64,000 nt of DNA from a virus, in IMG/VR virus record IMGVR_UViG_3300021168_000013; one strand, given 5' to 3'. Shown here piece by piece: positions 57,291 through 64,000 of the stretch; positions within the stretch are counted from its first letter, which is position 1, and every line of letters starts with the position of its first letter. The notes under the pieces are model-generated. The model saw only the letters and a list, made by a program, of their open reading frames with translations. It made no database searches and was not told the origin of the DNA. The position numbers and the translations under genes were made by a program.

Positions 57291-57851
57291 ATGACTAAAA
57301 AGCTTGAACATCTATTATTGAAACATGGTATATTGAAATCTCTCAGTATAGCCAAGAAGCCGAATTCTGATAATATAAAAAATCTAATGGAGCAGATTAA
57401 ACCTATAGCCAAGAACAAAATCGACTTTAATAATAAGATGCGTGAGGCAATTGAGAAGGAGATCACAGAATCATTGTTAAACAATGATATTCCCGGCATT
57501 ATCGTTAACAATAGTTTAGCAAGACCAACAGTTGCTAAAAATACAGTAAAACCTACTCCACCATCCCTAATACCCGATAAGTCTAAACCATTAGTGTATA
57601 AAACAAACAAAGAAAGATTAGCGGAATTATATACATTGGCATCACAGTTCAATAGGGAAGCTTTACATAATAAGTTGACAAAAAATGACGTTTGCTTTAC
57701 AATATATGTGATACTGAGTTTCCTTGAGATATCACAAGATGATTTCAAGAACTTTCATAATGACTTAACTGCCAGTAATGAAAAACCTGAAGAACCAACT
57801 GATGATGAAGATGATGACGATGATGATACCAACGAAGGTGACTCAAAATGA
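57291..57851 (+). CDS. Hypothetical protein with acidic C-tail
   Basis: 186 aa, coupled to gmd. Confidence 0.55.
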   Translation: MTKKLEHLLLKHGILKSLSIAKKPNSDNIKNLMEQIKPIAKNKIDFNNKMREAIEKEITESLLNNDIPGIIVNNSLARPTVAKNTVKPTPPSLIPDKSKPLVYKTNKERLAELYTLASQFNREALHNKLTKNDVCFTIYVILSFLEISQDDFKNFHNDLTASNEKPEEPTDDEDDDDDDTNEGDSK

Positions 57852-58906
57852 GTAATAATATTGCTGTCATAACTGGAGCAAATGGAATGGATGCCAAAAC
57901 ATTGGCCCATTTTCTATTAAGCAAGAATTACAAGGTAATATTAACATACCGCCGAAATACTTACTTCGATGAATCTAAAATTAAAGAAATATTCTCAAAT
58001 GACTTGATTAAATATCCAAAATCTGAACTCCATTTACAAGTGTGTGATATAGCTTGTAATAACAGTGTTAAAGAAAGTATAAAGTCTATTTTAAAAGATC
58101 ATAGTAGAATTGATGAATTATATTTATTGGCGGCTAATAGTCATGTTGGTGAATCATTTAAAAACAAAGAATTATCAATTCAGACTAATGGACAGAGTGT
58201 TTATTACTTTCTCGATGTTCTTACACAATTAAGTCCAAAAACTCGAACATATTTTGCAGCAACTAGTGAGTTAGTCGGAGGTATTAGAGAGGGATCATAT
58301 AGTGAATCCGATCAATGGAATCCTAGAAGTCCGTATGCGATTGGTAAAGCATTGGGATGTAGATGGGTTAATTTTTACAGAGATAGTCTAGATTCTGGAT
58401 TATTTTGTTGTTATGGTATATTATTTAATCACAGTAATATATACCGAGGAAAAGACTTCGTAATTCGTAAGATAACCAACGCAGCAGCCAGAATATCATT
58501 AGGACTTCAATCGGAATTAAAATTGGGGCATGTTCATTGGGCTAGAGACGAACATTGGTCTGAATTCGGATGCGAGATAATGTGGAAGATGTTACAATTA
58601 AATAAACCTGATAATTTTGTCATTGGAAATGGAGAAACTCATTGGGGAGAAGAATATTTACAGGAAGCCTTTGGTCATTTTAATTTAAAATGGCAGGATT
58701 ACGTTAAATTTGATGAATCCTTAAAAAGACCAAATGAAGTGGTCAGATTGATAGCAGATTCAACAAAGGCTCAGAAAATACTTGGATGGAAGCCAAATAG
58801 AATACCATTTAAGGAACATATAAAATTGTTATGCAATTTTGATTATGAATTAGAGGGTGGATTGGTCAAACCAGTCAAACCTAATGTATTTGAATTATAT
58901 CCATAA
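57848..58906 (+). CDS. gmd: GDP-mannose 4,6-dehydratase
   Basis: ITGANGMDA, LAANSHVGESF, AATSEL, PRSPYAIGK, GILFNHS, FV.RKIT, RPNEV. Confidence 0.88.
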   Translation: MSNNIAVITGANGMDAKTLAHFLLSKNYKVILTYRRNTYFDESKIKEIFSNDLIKYPKSELHLQVCDIACNNSVKESIKSILKDHSRIDELYLLAANSHVGESFKNKELSIQTNGQSVYYFLDVLTQLSPKTRTYFAATSELVGGIREGSYSESDQWNPRSPYAIGKALGCRWVNFYRDSLDSGLFCCYGILFNHSNIYRGKDFVIRKITNAAARISLGLQSELKLGHVHWARDEHWSEFGCEIMWKMLQLNKPDNFVIGNGETHWGEEYLQEAFGHFNLKWQDYVKFDESLKRPNEVVRLIADSTKAQKILGWKPNRIPFKEHIKLLCNFDYELEGGLVKPVKPNVFELYP

Positions 58907-58911
58907 AAAAT

Positions 58912-58935
58912 CCCCGTATAATTTAATATACGGGG
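58912..58935. terminator. Bidirectional terminator between convergent genes
   Basis: CCCCGTATA-ATTTAA-TATACGGGG with an upstream A tract. Confidence 0.8.
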
Positions 58936-58952
58936 GCTTGATTATAGATACT

Positions 58953-59606
58953 TTATTTATAATTGACTAAGAACGGCATCCAAGATGGGTCTTTAGCTTC
59001 CGTTATCGTTTCAAACGCAAACATTGGTCTTGGAACGGTTGGCTGTCTTAGCAATTTCAAACCAATTTCGTGGTTAAGTTTGTTACCCTTTTTAAAGTTA
59101 ACTTCCTTATCGCAAAGCACCATGTTCGTCCATTGATCTGGATCACCCTTGAACTTGCTTCGTGGTAAGACGTGGTCAACAGAAGCACTGTTTCTGTCAA
59201 GTTTCTTACCAGTGTATTGACATACACCCTTGTCTCTCAACCAGATACCTTCTTTATTTGGCTTCTTGCGAAACAATTTAACGGGCATCTTTACGTAGTT
59301 GACGGCAACTGTTACGGTTGGAGCACGAACGATCATTTTTGGACTGTGAATCTCAAAATCCCATTCACGCACTGGCAATTCACACCATTCCTTCCAAGCA
59401 ACTGGTCTGATTGACTTTGCGTTATTAAAATCAGGAGTTCCATCAGCATTGAGTTCATAATCAATGTCCAATGCGAAACAGGAGTCGTCTCCCATTGACT
59501 CACTGGAGCAAAGGTCGGTCAATGCCGCACCAATGGTTCTCACGTTCACAGCTTGCCAGTTCTTGTTAAGGCACAAGCTTATAGGTTTATTAATTATGTT
59601 ACTCAT
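58953..59606 (-). CDS. HNH endonuclease
   Basis: LCLNKNW, RDKGVCQYTG, VDHVLPRS, N...C..VN..KGN. Confidence 0.88.
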   Translation of the reverse strand: MSNIINKPISLCLNKNWQAVNVRTIGAALTDLCSSESMGDDSCFALDIDYELNADGTPDFNNAKSIRPVAWKEWCELPVREWDFEIHSPKMIVRAPTVTVAVNYVKMPVKLFRKKPNKEGIWLRDKGVCQYTGKKLDRNSASVDHVLPRSKFKGDPDQWTNMVLCDKEVNFKKGNKLNHEIGLKLLRQPTVPRPMFAFETITEAKDPSWMPFLVNYK

Positions 59607-59615
59607 ATTGAATAT

Positions 59616-59643
59616 ATAATACCATGGATATATAAAAAGTCAA
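59616..59643 (-). promoter_or_regulatory. sigma70-type promoter
   Basis: Minus strand TTGACT-16-TATTAT, 9 nt before ATG 59606. Confidence 0.55.
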
Positions 59644-59644
59644 C

Positions 59645-59941
59645 TTATTTTTGCGTATATTCTTCAAGTTGTTCTTCAAGTCTGACCCTTGCCACCCCAA
59701 AATCGACTTCAAACCACTCATTTTTGGTGTTTTTGGCAAAAGGGCGCATGGATTCCTTGATTTTCTTCTCAGCTTCCTTGTATTCAGGATGATACAACGA
59801 GTAGATTAGTTTATAATCACGATAAGGACTGCTTGTCTGATATGTTTGTAATCTTTTCTCCAAATTATCAGTAATCCCAATTTTAAGCCAGTTTTCCCAA
59901 GCAGGATTCTGGATTATGTATAAATAACCACTCTTCGTCAT
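59645..59941 (-). CDS. GIY-YIG T5orf172/MUG113-like protein
   Basis: GYLYII, LKIGIT...KRL..YQT.SP, EK, NEWF. Confidence 0.85.
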   Translation of the reverse strand: MTKSGYLYIIQNPAWENWLKIGITDNLEKRLQTYQTSSPYRDYKLIYSLYHPEYKEAEKKIKESMRPFAKNTKNEWFEVDFGVARVRLEEQLEEYTQK

Positions 59942-59961
59942 ATATAATACGTATATGACGA
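59935..59961 (-). promoter_or_regulatory. Hairpin sequestering the start codon, containing a late-type motif
   Basis: TCGTCATATA-CGTATTA-TATATGACGA on the minus strand; ATACGTAT-N5-ATG lies inside it. Confidence 0.6.
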
Positions 59962-59984
59962 CTTTTATACAAAAACCGAAAGAT

Positions 59985-60608
59985 TTAATTTATTACGTCA
60001 ACAACACCAAATTCAAGTGCTTGATCTGCCGTTAAAAACAAATCGTGCTTGAGTAAATCGTTTAATTGCTTTGATTTAAACTTGGTATGTTCCAAATACA
60101 CCCTTTTTAGCACAGTCATGAACAAATCCAAATTTTCGGTGGCATCTTTGATTTCTTCGAGTTTTCCAATGGCACCACCACTGACTTGATGAACCAAGAT
60201 GTTGGAGTTTTTGGTGATGAAACGTTTTTTACCGACAACCGATACTAAAGTTGCGGCACTGGCGACTGCTCCTTCACAGAATGTGTAAACTGGAATTGGA
60301 TTGGTTTTGATTTTATCAACCAAAGCTAAAGCGGGACTGACTTCACCACCATCACAACTGATATGCAATTCAATTGGGGGAGGTTCTGTCATATTATATA
60401 TTAATTGCAATAACTTTAACTGTCTGGTTACTTCATCAATTTGCTTTGATATGGATAAAACCAACGAACGGTCAATATCGTCATATAAATAGATTCGGTT
60501 TCCTACAGGGGTTGCGTTGTTCAATAATCCATCTGTTGAGAGAGTGATTATTTGTTGTTTATCGTTTGAATCGTCGTCGTCCGCTAGTTTTGGTTTCCAG
60601 TGTATCAT
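59985..60608 (-). CDS. clpP: ClpP-like serine protease
   Basis: IELHISCDGG, ASAAT (Ser), VHQ (His), HDLFLTA..A..FG.VD. Confidence 0.92.
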   Translation of the reverse strand: MIHWKPKLADDDDSNDKQQIITLSTDGLLNNATPVGNRIYLYDDIDRSLVLSISKQIDEVTRQLKLLQLIYNMTEPPPIELHISCDGGEVSPALALVDKIKTNPIPVYTFCEGAVASAATLVSVVGKKRFITKNSNILVHQVSGGAIGKLEEIKDATENLDLFMTVLKRVYLEHTKFKSKQLNDLLKHDLFLTADQALEFGVVDVIN

Positions 60609-60629
60609 AAAAATAATTAACGGTCATCA

Positions 60630-60637
60630 ATAAATAT
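60630..60637 (-). promoter_or_regulatory. ATATTTAT putative late-promoter motif
   Basis: 21 nt upstream of the clpP ATG on the minus strand. Confidence 0.35.
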
Positions 60638-60671
60638 GCAACTCATTGATTAAACCGTTAATTATTTGCGA

Positions 60672-61439
60672 TTACAAATCTTTTAAATCTTTAATGATCA
60701 ATTTTCCATTTTTAATTAAAAGATATTGACCTAAATGGCAGTCGATATTCAAATTATCACAAGTTGTCAAATCAAGATTACCATCAGCATGATGCCCAAT
60801 GACTCTGTCACCTGATGTATGACCAACAATCTGTTTTAATCCATCAATTGGTTCAAATTCGTGTTTAAAATCTTGCCACACGATTCCACCAACCTTATAT
60901 CTTCCACCACGAGCACCACCACATCCATATAACCAGTGACGACCACCGTTACAAAGATGCAATTCAGCTTGAATGATCTGTTCATCCAACCATTTGCTAA
61001 TCTCTGATTTAATCGGATTGATTAATGGAGGGAAATGATATGTGTTTATTCCAGCATGGGAACAAAACCAATCATCGATCCAAATATACCATTTGAATTT
61101 GTCTCTGATTGCTGGTAAAAAATTACCTAAACAATCCATAATAAGAGTATTCTTGTCCTCTGTATATCCCGTACAAATAGTTGTGGTATTATCAAATAGA
61201 TAATGAATGTCATGATTACCGAATAAGGTAATAAAGTTATCTTTAAATGTCAATTTCTTTAAAAAATTACATGTTGCTTCCACATCCCATGGTGAATTTC
61301 GAGAAAAACTGTCGAACCAATCACCGAGACACACCACTTGATCATAATTCTCTCTATTGAGAATATGCTCAACGTAATCAATGTTCTGATGTGGATCAGA
61401 AAACACCAATATTGTCTTGTTGTTGCTATTAATTTCCAT
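60672..61439 (-). CDS. Calcineurin-like metallophosphoesterase
   Basis: SDPH, LGDWFD, GNHD, SHAG, VGHT. Confidence 0.92.
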   Translation of the reverse strand: MEINSNNKTILVFSDPHQNIDYVEHILNRENYDQVVCLGDWFDSFSRNSPWDVEATCNFLKKLTFKDNFITLFGNHDIHYLFDNTTTICTGYTEDKNTLIMDCLGNFLPAIRDKFKWYIWIDDWFCSHAGINTYHFPPLINPIKSEISKWLDEQIIQAELHLCNGGRHWLYGCGGARGGRYKVGGIVWQDFKHEFEPIDGLKQIVGHTSGDRVIGHHADGNLDLTTCDNLNIDCHLGQYLLIKNGKLIIKDLKDL

Positions 61440-61445
61440 TCACTG

Positions 61446-61473
61446 ATTATATCAGAAGATTATAAATAGTCAA
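61446..61473 (-). promoter_or_regulatory. sigma70-type promoter, leaderless configuration
   Basis: Minus strand TTGACT-16-TATAAT with TGn, 6 nt before ATG 61439. Confidence 0.75.
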
Positions 61474-61667
61474 GATTTATCTTTGCCAGTTGGTCCTTGG
61501 CAAATATCGCATACTCGATGGAAGTGGTTGTGGCAGTCACATTTAGGTTTGGATATTGTCTTACGACGAGTTCCCCAATTGATTTTATCCCAACGCAATT
61601 GAACATTTTTGAAATTTTCAGGACGACGTTTGCTTCCTTTGCCATTTTGTGGTGATTTATTTTTCAT
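61470..61667 (-). CDS. Small basic phage protein (GKGSKRRP motif)
   Basis: 65 aa; GKGSKRRP...WDKINW plus C-terminal Cys/His cluster. Confidence 0.55.
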   Translation of the reverse strand: MKNKSPQNGKGSKRRPENFKNVQLRWDKINWGTRRKTISKPKCDCHNHFHRVCDICQGPTGKDKS

Positions 61668-61971
61668 ATTTTAAATTTAATAAATAATTCATCATTTCAT
61701 TGGTTGCAAACACTATATGAACGTAATTTAAACTCTCGTCCAATAATACACCCATATGCATACCTTTATATTCATCATTTTTATCATGTGGATATAACTG
61801 CCATAGATATTCTGGATTAGAACTAAAATGTTTTACCATTTCATCGGTAAGTTGTTCTTTTGATTTAAAACTTCCTGCAATTATTTTAGGTTTATCTGAT
61901 TTTAGTAATCTATTAAGACAATCCTCTACTAATATTCTGTATGGAGGAGCGTGTGTCACATTATCATTCAT
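61657..61971 (-). CDS. Hypothetical protein
   Basis: 104-aa coupled ORF. Confidence 0.5.
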   Translation of the reverse strand: MNDNVTHAPPYRILVEDCLNRLLKSDKPKIIAGSFKSKEQLTDEMVKHFSSNPEYLWQLYPHDKNDEYKGMHMGVLLDESLNYVHIVFATNEMMNYLLNLKYEK

Positions 61972-62147
61972 AATTGTTCTTTAATGTCATTTTTTGATAC
62001 TATCCACATCTGAGCACTACCAACGTTTCTTCCTTCGGAAATATAAATTTTATCTTCGGTATCCTCCCTTAAATAAATATATCCATGATGTTCTTGTCCA
62101 TTGTATGTAAATGTGACCCGTGGTGTATTTTCTGGAAGTAACATCAT
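61968..62147 (-). CDS. Hypothetical protein (not in ORF track)
   Basis: Hand translation MMLLPENTPRVTFTYNGQEHHGYIYLREDTEDKIYISEGRNVGSAQMWIVSKNDIKEQL (59 aa); ATGA overlap with next gene. Confidence 0.5.
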   Translation of the reverse strand: MMLLPENTPRVTFTYNGQEHHGYIYLREDTEDKIYISEGRNVGSAQMWIVSKNDIKEQL

Positions 62148-62250
62148 ACCATTATTTTCCTCTGCTGTTCATTCATATGATATAATTATAATATAAATAT
62201 ATATAATGTCAAGATTTTTATTTTTTTATGACGTTTTATTCTATGACATA

Positions 62251-62258
62251 CTATTTAT
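62251..62258 (+). promoter_or_regulatory. CTATTTAT late-type motif before the homing endonuclease
   Basis: 4 nt before ATG 62263. Confidence 0.4.
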
Positions 62259-62262
62259 TAAT

Positions 62263-63096
62263 ATGGGAAATGATATAAATATATGGGAAGAAAAAAACTT
62301 AACCGAACCAGAGAAGAATTGCTTGTCGCACAACGTTTGCGAGCAAAACGATATTATACACGTCACAAAAATAGACTTAATAAAGAATCGCTGCGAAAAT
62401 ATTGGGAAAATAAGTGGAATTTACGCAATAGTGAATAAATTAAATAATAAATATTACATTGGATCATCTAAAAATATTAAACGTCGGTGGGATCGACATA
62501 TGTCTGAATTAAAGATGTATAAACATGCTAATTTGAAATTACAAAATGCTTACAATAAATATGGGAGAAAATCCTTTGTTTGTGTTATTTTGAAATTGGT
62601 AAATCCAAATATTAAATCGTTGTTGACAGAAGAGCAGAGATATTTAGATATGGCATTTAAACATGAAGAATTGGTTTATAATATATGCCCTATGGCACAA
62701 ATTCCACCGAATTGGTCAAGAAAAAAACATAAAGAGGAAACTAAGATAAAAATGAGGTTGCACAATCACAACTTAGGAAAACCACTTTCCAAAAAAACTA
62801 AAAAACTAATTAGTAAAAATAGAACAGGAAAATTTCATACGGAAGAATTTAAAAACAAAAGATCGATAAAATATACGGGGGTGAATAATCCTAATTATGG
62901 TAATCATAAAATAGCTGGAAAAAATCACCCTCTATTTGACAATAAAAAATATGACTTTTATAATAAAAAATTAAATACACAAGAATTGTGTACTAGATAT
63001 GAACTAAGAATTAAATATAATTTGGATAAAGATGCGATATCGAAACTTATATATGGTGTATACAAATCCACCAAAGGTTGGGTTTTAAACAAATAA
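62263..63096 (+). mobile_element. Free-standing GIY-YIG homing endonuclease with NUMOD3 repeats
   Basis: SGIYAIVN...YYIGSS...RW..H, YN; NUMOD3 KHKEETK.KM and LSKKTK.LIS; opposite strand to its neighbours. Confidence 0.85.
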
Positions 63097-63549
63097 TATT
63101 TCCTTGAACCCTTCACTATGTGTGGGTCTTTTATATTTATTGAGCATACGATCTAAAATTTCATCAGGAACTCGTCTACCACCATTTGCTTTGCGTTTCT
63201 CTTGATTCTTAATTAATTGATCACGAGTTCGTTCGAATACATAAGCAATGGCGTCAACATTGTACTTACTGGCCGCAATTAAATAATCTTTACGTTCTTT
63301 TGCATTTAAACTGGTAGCATCTATCATTACACTCTTACCAGCCTTCAAATATTCATCAAGATTTCTCTTAATTAAACCAAACACTTGTGGTGTGACAGTT
63401 TGGTCATCTTCGGATGTACCAAGAATGCCGCGAATTTTATCACTGCTCAAATATTTAACATCAGGATGTTCAGCCAGATATTTATCGGCAAACGTAGATT
63501 TTCCAGCGCCACTGATGCCCACTAATAATATTAATTGATTTTCACTCAT
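63085..63549 (-). CDS. Polynucleotide kinase-like P-loop kinase (AAA_33)
   Basis: LVGISGAGKST, SSDKIR, IDAT, R.VP. Confidence 0.88.
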   Translation of the reverse strand: MSENQLILLVGISGAGKSTFADKYLAEHPDVKYLSSDKIRGILGTSEDDQTVTPQVFGLIKRNLDEYLKAGKSVMIDATSLNAKERKDYLIAASKYNVDAIAYVFERTRDQLIKNQEKRKANGGRRVPDEILDRMLNKYKRPTHSEGFKEILFV

Positions 63550-64000
63550 ATATTTAAAATTTTAATTACTTTGTCAGCGTCGGCATCAGTCAATCCAAAT
63601 ACCGAATCCGTTCTAATAAATTGATTAGGATGAACTTCTTCAAACCCATAACATACATCATCTAAAATAGCATAAGCTTTTAATGTTTTTCTTAATAACC
63701 AAACAGAGACTTCATATTCTCTTTTGGTGGCACTAATATTCGGTGTAACATCAATAATTTTATTGGGATATAAAAAACCCTTGTCAACCATATATTTCTT
63801 CAAATTATTCAGTGAATATTCCGTTCTCCACGAGGATGAAATAACCACATCGCAATCGGTAGACTCTATTATTCTATTAAGAATATCTATCATTTTTGGT
63901 GATAGATAGTTAGCGGGATTCTCAATACCTTCACCATTATTAAAGGTTTGATGCCATAATGTTTTATTGTTTAAAACCCCGTCAATATCCGTAAATAATA
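63546..64000 (-). CDS. HAD-family phosphatase (RNA-repair type), 5' end outside window
   Basis: Frame open to the window edge: LFTDIDGVLN (DxD), VISSSWR, AILDD. Confidence 0.85.
   Translation of the reverse strand, partial: LFTDIDGVLNNKTLWHQTFNNGEGIENPANYLSPKMIDILNRIIESTDCDVVISSSWRTEYSLNNLKKYMVDKGFLYPNKIIDVTPNISATKREYEVSVWLLRKTLKAYAILDDVCYGFEEVHPNQFIRTDSVFGLTDADADKVIKILNI

Noticed and set aside
761-63909. Numerous 60-150 aa ORFs in the track lying opposite or out of frame within longer genes (e.g. 6800-7183, 44183-44581, 57287-57748)
   Set aside because: Shadow ORFs fully overlapping genes with recognisable motifs, with no start signals or motifs of their own.
1-64000. Stop-codon reassignment (alternative genetic code), as in some jumbo phages
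   Set aside because: Long conserved genes (polB, nrdJ, recA, dnaB) are uninterrupted in code 11, and TGA/TAA stops coincide with coupled starts.
1-64000. tRNA, rRNA, CRISPR array or diversity-generating retroelement
   Set aside because: No cloverleaf with a T-loop in intergenic DNA, no regularly spaced repeats and no reverse transcriptase; intergenic gaps are short and explained by promoters and terminators. A covariance-model search was not run.

Overview
AT-rich segment of a large (jumbo-type) tailed dsDNA phage genome with T4-like replication genes, read in standard code 11. No rRNA, tRNA or CRISPR array was seen. Layout: (1) 1-21.9 kb, mostly + strand: end of a baseplate/tail region, a short family A DNA polymerase, gp32-like SSB, RecA/UvsX, 5'-3' exonuclease, DnaB-like helicase, class II ribonucleotide reductase with a LAGLIDADG intein, a membrane-anchored stand-alone PAS protein, a MoxR AAA+ ATPase split into two ORFs plus its VWA partner, gp62-like clamp loader subunit and dNMP kinase. 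(2) 22.5-37.9 kb: a large nucleotide-sugar and glycosyltransferase island (RfbH, epimerases, GT2/GT4/GT10/GT11-like, FkbM, dUTPase), including a GT4 split by an inserted tail-tube paralog. (3) 38-45.7 kb: PD-(D/E)XK nuclease, FecR-like protein, family B DNA polymerase, a 61-aa histone-fold-like protein, sliding clamp and clamp loader. (4) 45.7-50.8 kb: a second glycan-modifying cluster (GT4, methyltransferase, radical SAM with an N-terminal twitch/SPASM-like domain, GT25-sulfotransferase fusion). (5) 50.8-64 kb: probable virion proteins, lysozyme-like protein, SNF2 helicase, Gmd, HNH/GIY-YIG nucleases, ClpP, metallophosphoesterase, kinase and HAD phosphatase. Many sigma70-type promoters and a second ATAYTTAT-like motif sit 5-9 nt from start codons, suggesting widespread leaderless mRNAs. 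All family calls are by-eye motif recognition; no database search was run.
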